Source of the DNA: Bigelowiella natans CCMP2755
Taxonomy: Eukaryota; Protista; Cercozoa
DNA: 64,000 bases
NCBI GenBank assembly: GCA_000320545.1
Contig: ADNK01000487.1
Coordinates: 13,736 to 77,735 of the forward strand
Direction of reading: 5' to 3'
Shown here piece by piece: positions 13,369-26,806 of the stretch (within the stretch, counting starts at the first letter, position 1; every line of letters begins with the position of its first letter). Below the pieces are notes generated by a model, which did not search any database, was not told where the DNA came from, and saw only the letters and a list, made by a program, of their open reading frames with translations. The translations under genes were made by a program, and so were the position numbers.

Positions 13369-13406
<38 letters not shown>

Positions 13407-14998
13407 GGTATAAGAAACGGAGTACCGTCTAGGGAAACTGTCTGATTGTGGCATTATTCGGCACCTTGTCATACAGCTCTTCTCCTAGTATCTTGGAGCA
13501 GAACTTTTTGACCTGTACAAAGATTGAATGCTCAGCGGATGTGGTTGTGGCGAGAAGTCGTGTTGTTGACAACGCACAAGGCCCAGAAAAGCGTGTTTCT
13601 TTTTTTTAAAGATATTCCACGTAAAAGAAATGGATTTAGAAGCAGTAGTCCTTGATCATCTTACTACTCTCTGCAGACACTAAGCAAGCTAGCGACAGAT
13701 GATCAGAAAATGTACCACCTTTGCTATGTTGGCTTCCAATCTTTCTCGTGCTTTTGTGCGTTGCTCTGAACCCGAGTTCTCACCGCCATTCTACCATGCG
13801 TGCACGAGGTCATCATCATCGTCATCATCATGATCGTCATCATCATCGTTCACCATCATGGTCACAATGATGATGATGAGTGATATGGATGTTGATCTGT
13901 GTGCATGCGTGGACGTTACGCACCTTGGATTCCTTCGTGGTTTTCGTGGTAGCAGCAGCAGCCGTGAGAGAGGAAGTAACACTGTCGCTGCTGGCGCTAG
14001 CCACAGTAGTGGTGCAGGCGACCGTCGTCGTCGCTGATGCCGCTGAGTCGCCTCGGGGATGGGAGCTATCTTCGACAGTGGTAGCAGCGTTGGAGTGGTT
14101 ATTTCCTCTATGAATATCACCATCGCCACCAGCACCAGCACCAGCACCAGCACCAGCAGTGGACTTTGTAGAAGCTGCTGGAACTGCTGCTACGCCGCCG
14201 CCCGCACTAGCCGTAGGATTCAAAGGTTTGCCCGGGAGAGCTCCTGACGACATCGTTGCCTCCAATGGATCCTGACGTGTTATCAAACGTTGTTATGCGG
14301 TCAGCCACCCCTTGATTTAGAGAATCATCATTCATCATCATGATCGTCGTCGCCGTCGTCATCGTCATCATCATCATCGTGTGTATGCTCGATGATTCAC
14401 CACCTCAGCTATGGACGCTCCTGCTTTCTGGGAAGGGGCCAACACCAACTCAAATTGAGGCTGCTGTAGAAGCAAAAGGGAGGAGGAAATTTTATCATCA
14501 TCAGCTCGCCCCAGAATGCGTTTGAAGACGGATGTTGTTGTGCTGCTGTTGTTGCTGTTGTTGTTGCAATGATTACCTTTTTCTTTCGCTGGCCATACAT
14601 GGCCCTGCACCTCTTCATGTACGCACGCATCCTCTTGCTAGAACCTCCACTGCGACGAGACACAACACCATAAACCACATGATGATGATGATGTTAAGAT
14701 TACTCAAATCAAATGGCCGCTTTTGAGATATCACCGAGCGAGCGAGTGAGCAAGACGAGGGGGCGGAAAAACAACATATTATCGTAAATTCACTGCATGA
14801 AGGGAGAGTAGCTGCTAAACTCACGGTTTGGATGATGATGATCCCTTGCCCTCTCCTCTCTTGACCCTGCTGCCGTCGTCATCGCCACTCCCCTTGTGCT
14901 TGCTCTTGTCATGGCGACCTGTAGGTTGAACAGCGGTAGGAGGAGGATGTGGTCAGGAGAACATCGTATTTCAGAACACGATCACCACCATATGAGTG

Positions 14999-15040
<42 letters not shown>

Positions 15041-15556
15041 TGTGTGTGTGTGTGTGTGTGTGTGTATGTTAATATGCGCGCGCGTGCGTGTGTGTGAGAG
15101 CGAGGGAGAGAAAGATATCACCGTTGGTACTGCTACTGTTTACGGCATTGAGGTCGTTTTCGTCAAAGTTTGGTTGTCGGAACGTGGTGCGCTTTAAGTA
15201 GTTACAAACACATGGAGATTATCCTCTATCTATCAAGATTGATGATGATGATTTCCATACGACGTTCCTGTTATTTCGTTCATCATATTGGCAACAATCA
15301 ATTACCGGCTGTTCTCGATTGTCATGGTTGATCACCATAATCTCCTAAGAAGGTTTTGCGCGCACACCGAAACACACACACATTCAGGCCATAATCCTCG
15401 TTGGGGCGAACCATCAATAGAGCAAGAACAATGCTCTTCCCCAAATCTACTACTTTCAAACATCGAGGAGGTGGTAAATGAAGCGTCGTGCGTCGAAGGG
15501 GCAACAACCACTCGGAAAACTAACTACTATCCTCCATGAGCGTGTTTCATGAGAAC

Positions 15557-15597
<41 letters not shown>

Positions 15598-18500
15598 AAT
15601 AAAAAAACATCTCGGAATCGTAGTAGATGCAAGTTCATATCCGTACGGAAGGGGGCAACGATGGGAATAGTAGCAGCAGCATTAGGGGCAGGGATAAGGA
15701 GGAAAAGAGGATGATAAAAACCAGCACCGGGTGAGGTTGTTTCGCTCTCCTGAAAGCAGGCGACGGAATCACGCCTATCGAAAACAATGAGCTATTAGCA
15801 TGAGGATGCTGTCGTCCGACGACGAGGAACGTGATCGTTCTCACTACTATTCTTTCCTCTTATCTATCTGCTTCTCTTAATGGTAGTAGTAGCAAGTCTT
15901 CAGGGCAGCACGATGAGGTTGCTCACCATGGAGACGAGAACGCGCTTCTTTGATTCCTAATTGTCCATAGCAAATATTAAAATGGTCGGGGGTTGGTTTC
16001 ATGAGCCTTTCGAGAGGATTTTGCGTAGAGGAGAACATTCATCGTCAAGGATGCGATCACTCAAACTGAATACCCGATTTGAATCGTGCAAGGCGCTGCC
16101 GCTCCTCCTCCCTCTTCTGCCGCTTTAGCTCCTGAAAGAATAAGTGAAAAGCGACGTCAGCTACGTGGCAGAAGGAAACGAAAGCAATGTCTTTTGTCAG
16201 AAGACAACCTGTTGTTCCTCGAGCCACAGCCGCTTTCGACGTTTTTCCTCCTGATGAGCGTGAATAAGGAAGGCAAAGCCATCAACGTTAGATGATCTGG
16301 AGCAGGAGGAGGAGGAGGAGGAAGCTCTCAGCAAATCTTAGCAGGTGGAGCGCTATGTGTTCATGCGTGTCGTCGTTCTTTCTGCACCTCAGAGAGAGAT
16401 GTCTTCACTTTCGATGATACTCTTCGGAGCTGCTCCTTTTCCTTGCGAACCCGCGATGGTGACACCGCGCGCTCTATTGCCCCTTTTTTGGTGGCAGAGT
16501 AGCTCGTAGCAGGGGGGCGGTGGTGAGGATTAGGAGTGCGGTTTACCATGCCTACAACAAGATTACACAATTCCTTATTCACGAATTTTATGGCGGCCAC
16601 TGAAAGAAGAAAGGGGAGGGGGGATATGTACTCTTGACTCGCCTCACTCCTGGGGTTTGAGCCATCCGTGACGACACGCCGCTGCTTGTGTTTTGACTGC
16701 TGTGAGAAGAAGAACCACCACCGTATGTTGGAGAGGAGGACAGAGAACTGCCTTTGCTGCTTTTGATTCGGGCTGCTCCCCGATGTCCTCCTGCAGTGCT
16801 TTGCGGCTGCTCCTTTTGACGCTGATTAGAACATTTATAACCACGAATTAATCAACGACGAAGACAACGAGGAGGAGGAGGAGGAAGAGGATAACATAAG
16901 GGCAGATATGGTTCCAAACGAGAATTATTGTAATAGTTTGGCAGCATCGTAGTGATGGAACTAAGGCGGCTGGCTGGCTGCTACTACTATTCTGGGAATC
17001 CTGGTCGGTTTTCGCAGGCCCCCTCCTGCACCCCCACCGCTTCCTGCCTTTAGGAAGTGTCTCCTTGCGTGCACCGATGGCGGGGGAGTTACTGATCGAG
17101 CAATAGAGCGTGGCGTAGATAGTCGAGTAAGCCTTGATATAGAACCCCGTTTGGAACCGTTTCGTGGGGTACGGCTGCCATTGCTACTACTGCTACTCTT
17201 CTTACGATGACTCGGGGTAGGAACTGACATCACACCCGAGCTCGTGGTAGGTCGCCTCCTCACTCTTGCGGGTCTTCGTTTAGATGCATTCGCCTTGTTC
17301 TTTTGGATAAAGTTCATATGCGAGCTGCGGCGCCTTCGATGAGAGGGTGAGGAGAGAGAAGATTGGGGTGTATGCGGTCGGGATGATCCTGGCGAATAGT
17401 AGCGTGGGCTATCAATCTCAAGCACATCCCCGTCATGATGATGACCCCCCCCCCCCTTGCCGCCTCGGGATCTAAGAGATCGAGAGGTCGCAGGAGACGA
17501 CGGTGCCCGAGAGCGTTGTGGTGGGAGCGGGCTGGAGTGCATTCGGTTCGGCGAAAGAGAGGAGGAGTAGGGGGCGGGCTCTTTCTTTGGCCTCACTCGA
17601 GAAGGTGGAGATATGTCGTAATGCTCCGATGCTAGTTCCAGCTCAACTATAAGATCGTGTCGTCGTGCATAATATGCGGTAGATGGACTATTAGCTGTCG
17701 AAGCAGTATCATCGAGTGGCGAGGCGGCTGCGGCGTCCAGAGGGGTAGAAGACCAGTCCGTTTTGGAGTCGGGAACGGGTGGGGGTGGATCGAAAGGGGC
17801 GGAACCGTCATGCACGGTATTCGAACTCAACGCATCACTGAACTCGCTCTTACGAATCGATTGTTGTTGGCGAAATTTGTTGAATATGGCAGTTTATTTT
17901 TTTTGAAAATAATATCCCAAATCCAAGGATCAAAATCATGGAAGACCATCGTAGGTGGACCATAAGACCATAAGTAACCAGAATAAACATATAGTATCAT
18001 CAAGACTTACTGTGGATTTGAGCGAGTTCGCTTTTCTATCTTTGGCTGCTGTGCCTTTACTCTGTTGAGAAGTCGGAGAGGAGGCAAGACTCTGATGATG
18101 TGAGAGGCGGGTATCATTATTTCGTGTCCAAATCGAGAATTATAACAATTTTGACCTCATCTTCATCAAACGAAAACCCCATTGCTACAAACGCTTCTTG
18201 GCATGCATCCAGAGCTGTGTTATCGCATGAAATAAATATATGATATAAGCACATCTATCCTTCGTTTAAAAATGCCGACCAACATGAACTAAATTACCCA
18301 ATATTTGCTCAATTGGTGGCCTTAACTTAGGATCTTGACGTAACATAGATTCGCTTTGGTAGGTCAAACATGTACAATCGGGGAATCACGTCGATATTGT
18401 GCAGAAACGAAAACTATCCTTAAACTCACATGATTCGTGCTAGCTTCTTGGAATAGATGTCCGGTATTGGAGGATATTTTCCTCTTAGGATTTTAAGAAC

Positions 18501-19923
18501 CTATATTTTTATCCGAAGGCTTAGTGAAAACACCAAAAATGAAGTACGGAAGGCTGTTCGCTACCAAATTGGGAAGATTCTTTCCGGTAAAAGCTCTTCT
18601 CAAAGTCACAATTTCGTACAAGATGCAGCCGAGGCTCCAAATGTCGGACCCCTTAGAGTAAGGCCGACCCTCGCAAATCTCAGGTGAAAGATAGTAAGGA
18701 GTACCTGTTTTTACATGTATATCAAACTACGACGACACCAGAAACTGTATGAGTTGCCTCACCAATCACTGTTTGCGCAAGTTCTGTGTCGCTCGTGAGA
18801 ACCTGGTAAGTTGATCTCTGATTTAAACCATATCTTTGAGAATAAGGGATAATGGGGAAATTGCCTTTGATATGCCGAAATCTCCTATCTTTGCATCCTC
18901 CCCACTTCCAGTGAGAAATATGTTCTGAGACTTAAGGTCTCTGTGAAGGATGTTGTGACCTACGTAAAATTAGAGAGCGCGTCATCACATCAATTGAAAC
19001 TAAATTTCAATCGTGGAAAAATAATCGCACTATGAATAGCTTCCAATCCGAGTGCCATCTGGACGAACCATTTCATAACTTTTTCCTCCTTGAAGAATTT
19101 CCCATTCTGGTATTGGAAAGAGTTCGTGAGTATTTTCACGAAATCATAGAATGGGAACAAGTTGACAACCTTCTTCGCCAGTGCTATCCGTTGGGCTAGG
19201 TCCCCGCCTACGAGGGCCCAAAATCCATATTTCATAATCTTCGAAATGTGAGATTTTGAGAGGAACGTTACCATCACAATATTCCATCACAATGTAGAGG
19301 TTATTATTGTGCAAGAACGATTCGATATAGCGAACCACATAGTGGTGGTAGTCAAGAGTGGATAGCACTTCCGCCTTCAAAAGATAATAACTTAGATAGA
19401 GAATTTTGTCTCAAAAGAGAAAAACATAATTTACCTCCTTTTCCGCACTCTCCCTCTCCTCTTTCTTTAGAGAAGACAGGTTGATCTCCTATAAGAGTGA
19501 TAGCATTGCCGCTGAGATCGTTCCCATCAATGAGAAACTACAGGTATACCACCTTTACGACAACTTGACAACCATCCTTTGCACGACATAAATTTACGAT
19601 ACCAAAGCTTCCCTGGCCTATACGTCGTACGAGCTCGTATTGGCTTTGAAAATACATTTCGATCAGTTCGTGAAAGTCAAAGTTGCATTTTTGAAGATTG
19701 CACAGCACTTCAAATTGCCTTCAATGTCCATTTTATTATTAAAATATTTAAAAAACACACATACCGATATATACACGTACACACACACACACACATTAAA
19801 TAGTTAACCTCGCTTTTTTGCTCTCTTCCATCAGCTCCTGTTGCTAATCCTTAGGTTCACTATACGCAACGCAAGCTTCCCTCGAGCTGTTACGATCGAT
19901 ACCTTATCAATAACTGCGTCCAT
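13033..19923 (-). CDS. NIMA-related (NEK) Ser/Thr kinase with long low-complexity tail
   Basis: Exons give [31 protein letters not shown]...[15 protein letters not shown]...[38 protein letters not shown]...[23 protein letters not shown] and DPKLRP. An S/P/R-rich middle exon covers about 17000-17850. The C-terminal [19 protein letters not shown]...IIYCED resembles NEK1/4/11 tails. The tail exon structure is only partly resolved. Confidence 0.9.
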
Positions 19924-20931
19924 TTATATTCGTAAAAGTGCTACCTCTGCAGAAAACTCAACAGGCACGAAGAGGGGCAACTCGATTCCAGGAGGTGGTC
20001 TGAACGTGTTTATTTAGTCGTGTTTCGATATTCTCGATTCAAAAATGCTCTGAATGTACGTTGACGGCAGAATCTAGGCCTTGCCGCAGATTTAGAATGG
20101 CATTTATTACAAGTACTACGACACAGAAACAGGACCAGCGACAGTGAATTGGAATTCGAGGCACAAGCGCTCCAGGGACACAGCGGTTAGTTAGAGATGC
20201 AGCTTATGATGCAAAAAATGGGAGCATTTCTCCGGTATTTAATGAAGTTTTTGAAATTAATCGTAACTGTCCGAAAACCCGGGTTGAAATGAGCATTTTG
20301 TTCTAATTCACAACTCCAAATAATCAATAGCCTGGATCGATGCCACGTGGAAAGGCATCTGACATGGTACAACGACATATGGGGTATGAGATTTGATTTG
20401 AAAATTCTATTCAGTAATTGTATATCTTTGAGGCTAATTTGTGGATACTCAAAACTTAAAATTACTAACTTCAATATTAGCTTTTTTTCGGCCGCTACAG
20501 GGAAAAAAAACGTGCCCATAAAAATATGAAAATTATTAACGTATATATTCTATAATCTAGGAACTAGTCATAAATGTTTATTGACTAATGAGAAGAGTTA
20601 TTGTCACAATCCGTCATACGAACAAACTGTGTTGTCGCAACAATAAGTCATGCTGTATCCCATCAATATGTATTTAAATTATACATCTTTCAAAATCTAA
20701 AATCAAGATGCAAGTTATTTATATCATGCGTCATAGATGTATGTATGTCGCAGGTCATAATTTCATAAAACCTGGGAACAAAACTCGCCCGAAGACCGAA
20801 GACCCAAGGACCACGCCACCGAACGCTGACGGCAGGTACAGGATGAAACATACTTCGCATAGCTCTGGAATTCTTCTTCGTCTCCAAGAAAAATAATAAT
20901 TCCCACTATATGTATTCCTCTCCCAGATCCC

Positions 20932-22145
20932 ATGGAAGAGCAGAAGTGTTCCGTGGATTCGACTATTCTCACGAATATGGACGAAACACTCGAGCAAGAA
21001 AGTGATATCCTTGCGAAATTCCCTCAAGGATTGGAAGAAGTGAAACAAAAAATTTCGTCAATTGTGCAGCAAAGATGCAGGGCGATTACCGTGGCAGTAG
21101 CAGCAGATAATAAGGACTTGAGAGAAGAGTATGAACTAAAGATTCAGTCCCTTCAGAAAAACCTAGACGAGATTATGTCTCAAAATGAAATCATTATGAA
21201 GGGCAGAGAAGAATCAGACAAAGAACTCCAGGTATGCACTTTCCGTTTTAATTTTTGGTACATTAATTATTCAATTTTACTAAAGGCACTTAAAACTGCG
21301 AATACCTCTCTCAACAACAAGATCTCTGAGCAGAACAACTTAGCTTCACAATTTGAGATTAATAAGAAAGAATACGAGGAAAAGATCAAGGCTCTACAAC
21401 TGAACCTGCAAGATTTTGGAGGAAGCGAAGAGACATTGAAGTTGAAAGAGAAGGAAATCAAGGTTGGTTTATCAATTTTAAAAAAGTACACCTTGGTATT
21501 ATTGTCACTTGATTAATAATCAGGAGCTTTTGGAATCAAAGGACGTCCTTGCTAAAGAACTTCGTGAAGCTAAACTAACCATACACTCTTCGACGGAAGC
21601 TATTGAGAAAAGATACCAGGAAAAGATAATCAGACTTACAGAAGAAGGATCGAATAAGGATCAAGAAATATCCAGGCTATTAGAAAGCGAGAAGAAAAAG
21701 CAGGTTCGATTGCTAGATTGGCGTTTTTGTCGTTCTCACATCTAAAATAAAATAATCCAGCTACTCTGGTAATAATATCTTTATCCTGTCATCCAATTTA
21801 CAGGAGCTTTTAAGTGAGAACCAGGCACTAACTGAAGAGCTGAAAGAAACGAAACAAGCTCTTAGTTCCTCAAATGAAGCTGTGGAAGAAAAGGAGAGGA
21901 CACTTAAGGAGCAAATTGACAAGCTTGTGAAAGAAACGGGAGAAAAAGATCAAGAAATACTACGCCTCAAGGAAGTGGAGATGAAACAAAAGCAAGATAT
22001 TGAACAACTGAGACAAGAGCTAACATCTTCAGATGAAAAAGTGTGAATCTAAACTTACATGAATAAATAATATTTGAATTAGAAACTTCCCTTCGTCTGA
22101 TTACGTGTTTATACTAACATATATTATGGATACACACAAACACAA

Positions 22146-22182
<37 letters not shown>

Positions 22183-22184
22183 AT

Positions 22185-22236
<52 letters not shown>

Positions 22237-25200
22237 AAAGAGAGAAAGAGAGAGGGGCCGATAGACAGGCATATACTTACAAATATAATTAAAATATAAT
22301 CACGTAGGTATCATCGTTAGAGAAAGCGAATGGAGAATTTGGTGCTAAGATTGAAGAATTCATTGCCCAAAATTTGAATCTTGAAAACGAGATAAAGAAT
22401 TTGAAATCTGATGCTGAAGCTGACAAAGAGAACACTGACAGCCCACTCGTGAAGATAGCAAGTCTGAAAAAAGAAATCCAGGAACTTAAAGAAGATCGAG
22501 AGAGCGTTCTTGCGAAACAGGTCTAGATGCTGCTCATATCATTTTATTTTTCCTAAAATTCATTCTATTTTACAGAAAGAAATGGCTGGAGATATCCAGT
22601 CATTCCAACGTAGAAATGTCGAGCTTTTCAATGCTCTCAATGAGACAGAGAAGAAGCTTCAAGAGCAAGATGATGCTCGGAAATCAACGTCTAGACGTGT
22701 AACATTCTCTGGGATACGTAGGCCATCATTCGGCGGAATTTCAAAGAATGTTGAGGAATACAAGAAGGAAATAGCGGTATTGAAAGAGAGACTCCGAAAT
22801 GCACAAAGATCCACAGGAAAGTCATCTTCTACGTCGTACAAAACAACAGAGAAAAACAAGAAGGAGTTGGGAAGTTTGAAGGAGAAACTAAGGACTGCCC
22901 TTCGCGAGAAGCAGAACGCCCTCTCTCAACTGCAGACTCAAGAAAGAGAATTGAGGTTCTTACGTAAAGTGAAAGAACAGATGGCTGCTAAGTCAAATGA
23001 GTTAAAGAGTTCCGATTCTAATTTGAAGAAAGCTCAGAAAGAGCTCACAAACATGACCCGCGAGCATGATAAGATCAAAAAGGATTTGGACAGGAAGCTT
23101 CGTGACGAGAAAAATGCAAGGAGCAGCATTGAGGCCTCAAATGAGAAATTGTCGAAGGAAACAGAAAAGTTGCGAGATGAAAATGAGGATTTGATCCGAC
23201 AATATGAAAGCGCAAATATGGAGAAGGAAGGATTAGAAATGCAATTGAATGTAGTCGTCAAGGATCTCGAAAATGAAAGATCATCGGTTACGAGCTTAAA
23301 GAGGGATTCAGAGATGAAACTTCAGTCTATCCAAGCTGATCTTGAGGCAAAGGAACAAGAATATGAAACACTTGAGGCTCAATGTTTTGAAGTCAAGAAT
23401 ACAGCTTCTAAATATCATACACAAATTGTAGATATGGAACAGCATATGAAAAAACTGAAGGAAAAATTGTCTGAAGAACGTTCAAGGTGCAGCGATATGA
23501 ACAAGGAATGTTCTGAACTGAGAATTAAATCAAAGTGTTTGGAAGAGCGCTCTACGCATCACGAGCAACAAATTAATAAGTTCCAGCAAGATGAGAGCAA
23601 GTTAAGATCCGACCTGGCTGCAGCAAACAATGCACTCAATGATTTAAAGAAACGTGTTGAGAAGACTTCTTCTGAATTGGCTAATACGAAGCAGCTATTG
23701 GCTGAGAAAGTTGCGAAAGTAGTTGAATACGATAGCGAATTACAAGAAAAGTCGAACTTGGTTCAAAGTCTCACAGAGGATGTTAATGCTCTTCAGTCAA
23801 AATATGACACTGAAAAATCTCGAGTCGAATCTCTTAGTACACATTGTGAAGGGCTTCAGAAGTCACTTGATGAATTACAAAGTTCGCACAAAGAGCAGTC
23901 AACACTTAATAGTAATATCGTCGAGGAGCTAAAATCAGCGAAGGTTCAAATTCAATCCCTTGAAGAATCGAAGCAACAGCTGGAAGCCGAAGCAAGCGAA
24001 AGAAATTCAGAACTTGAAATTCTATCCGATGACTGCGAGCGCTTGATCTCTGAATGCGAGAAAACTAACAATGAATTACAAACCTTGAAAGAGTCAAAAC
24101 AAGAACTAACAGAAAGGTTATCCGAGAAGGAAACTACCTTAGAGAACATGCAGGAAGAGTGCAAACGTCTCAACGAAGACGTAGAGGAGGCTGTTCGTAT
24201 CGGACAGGAACTGAATCAGGAAAAGGAAGATTTGCAGGAGGAGAATGATGACCTTAAAGTCAAACTCGAACAGGAATACGATGAAAGAGAAAAGGCCGAA
24301 AAAAATCTTTCTGAATCCAAAAGCAGAATCGAAGAACTTACGGAAAAGAATGCTGATCTCACAAGCGAGAACAATTCTCTAAAAGAAACAGTAGAGAAGA
24401 ATAATGTCGAAATTCTACAATTAAATCAGACATATGAGAGTTTGCAGGAATGCAAAGAGCAACTAACCAAGGATATCTCCGTACTCAACCAGGAACTTGA
24501 AAGCTCACATCAGGAAAAAGCGGATCTGACAAGGCGATTAGAAGATACAAAAGAGTCTTCTGGTTTGAAATACACATCTCTTCAAGAGAAACACGAAAAA
24601 CTTCGTGATCTTTTATCAGAAGAACAAGCCGCAAAAATGATGCAAGAGCAGAAATTAGGTAAGGTTCAGGAGCAAATGAAAAGCTTAGAAGAAGAAATTC
24701 AAAATAGAGAACTCGAGAAAAAGAAAATAGAATCTTTGTTGGAGGAGAAGATGGATTTTGAGAAAAAATTACAGGAAAATATACAACAGCAGAAGGATGA
24801 ATTAGAAGCGAAGGCAAACGACAACAATGGACTTGAACACGAAGTTAATGCCCTCACCAATGCACTAGATCAAACAAATGCTGCGAAAAAGGAACTTGAG
24901 GACCAAATTCTTAACATGGGGGAAGAGATGAAGAAGAAGAGTAGAGAGCTTATGGAGGAGATACTTCAGAAGGAAAAGGAAATAGAAGATCTTGGAAATG
25001 AAGTTCGTGACATTACAAAAGAAAAGTCTGGGCTAGAGGATCAAATTAAAAATATCTCAGCTCAGCTTGAAAAATCATACGATGAGATGAAAGATGAGAA
25101 GAAAGAGAGCGCAAAGAGATTGAAGAGAATGCAACGTGAGCTTGACAACGAAATTCGAAATGCTGCTGTGGTCCAAAAGCGTGCAGACAAGGTGCGAAGT

Positions 25201-25839
25201 GAGAACGAACAGCTAATGAAAGAAAAACGGGAGATGATAAACAGCGTGCGAACAATGGAGGAACAAACTCAGAGAGGAAATGATGAAGAGATCAAGAAAA
25301 AGACTGCTCGATTACAGGAACTTGAAATACTTACGGCAGAGCTTCGGTCGAAATTACACCAAGCTGATGGTAATTTAGCAGAAGCTCAGAAACAAAGAGA
25401 AGCAGCAATAAACGAGATGAAAAATATGGGGAATAAACTTCAAACTGGAGTTGTAAAAGGCTCTGAAGCTAGTGCTCCACCTCTGAAATCCTCAAATTCT
25501 GATAGAGAAGTCTTAAAGTGGAAAACTCGATGTCAAAAGCAGTCTGCAAAAGTGAAGGCAGCTGTAGCAAAAGAACGTGGATACAAGAAAGACATTGAAG
25601 GCTTGACAAGCACGTCTGAACTTCAAAGACAAGCGCTTGCAGACAAGGATACTAACATTGCAGAAAAAGAGAAGGAAATTCTTGAACTGAATCGACAGTG
25701 CACAATCCTACGTAATGTCATCAAGAAAAATAACATGGTGAGTTCTATTCGTCGCAAGCAGCCGAGCGGCAAGGAGAACGTACAAATTCGCAAATCAACC
25801 CGCTTAAGGAAAAAAAACGAAATTAAGTCAAGAACTTAG
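20932..25839 (+). CDS. Large coiled-coil protein (~1,400 aa)
   Basis: Five short 5' exons, then a 3.26-kb terminal exon (22576-25839). The sequence is continuously E/K/Q/L-rich heptads with no motor domain. It contains RRVTF and a C-terminal KEN followed by a basic tail. Confidence 0.85.
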
Positions 25840-26019
25840 CTCGGGAGTTCTTACTATTGTTGCAAAATGCAACATTGTATATTAGCCAAAGGTACGACAA
25901 ATCCTATTTTTCAATGTCAAACCGTAGATCATGAAGTTGATTGCGGACATATAAAGTAAGTCGATTCATTACATCCTAATTTCACAGTGACATGGGCAAG
26001 AATTCTTTTTTAGGCATAA

Positions 26020-26460
26020 TCATGTCTAGCAGATGTCGATGTCTAGCTAGATAGATGTGCATCTACCTAGCTTGTAGCAGAAGATACCTAGCCAATGTTT
26101 GTTGTGCATACTACTACATCTAGACATTGCAGCGGCACACCGCAACAACAGCGTTGGCTCTAGCCCATTAGCTAGCTAGCTAGGCCGCCTACTAGCTAGC
26201 TGACTGCAGGCTAGCTAGCTAGCATGCAGTCTAGCAGTGTCTAGAGCATCATCTAGGTATGCTAGCTCGCTAGCTATAGTGTATGCATTACAGCGCATGC
26301 TGTCTAGCTAGCTTGGAGATGTCGATCTACGCACACGCTAGCTGTCGGTGGAAAACTGTCTTAACTGTCCAGCTGTGCTATAGCTGTCTAACTGTGCCTG
26401 CATGCGCAGGTCTAGCTATAGCTAGAAGTGTAACTCGATCATCATGTTAGCATGATTCGC
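26020..26460. repeat. CTAG/GCTAGC-rich tract between convergent genes
   Basis: Repeated gctagctagc and tctag words. Confidence 0.7.
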
Positions 26461-26591
26461 AGACTAGCAGACTGACTTGCTTTTGCATGACAAACGTTAA
26501 GTTTTTTATTAAATGAGAAGAAATAGGAACTTGAACATCTGACATGCTTATCTGATTATTGAGACGAAACGTTGCTAACGCTAGACACAAA

Positions 26592-26627
<36 letters not shown>

Positions 26628-26806
26628 TACAGAGCATATAATATGTCCATAGTTGCTCCAGATTTTGAAGATATTTGCAGCTTGTAGCTTTAGTATGAGA
26701 AGATCCCTTCCCAAATTTTTAAAAACTTGGATGTTGTTGCTTTATCTTCAGAAAAATGGTAGACTGGGGGGGAGTTACTGCATGATTTGACGAGAATTTT
26801 CGGAAA

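Noticed and set aside
22510-25839. Myosin, kinesin or SMC assignment for the coiled-coil gene
   Set aside because: No motor domain, Walker A/B or hinge found in any exon.
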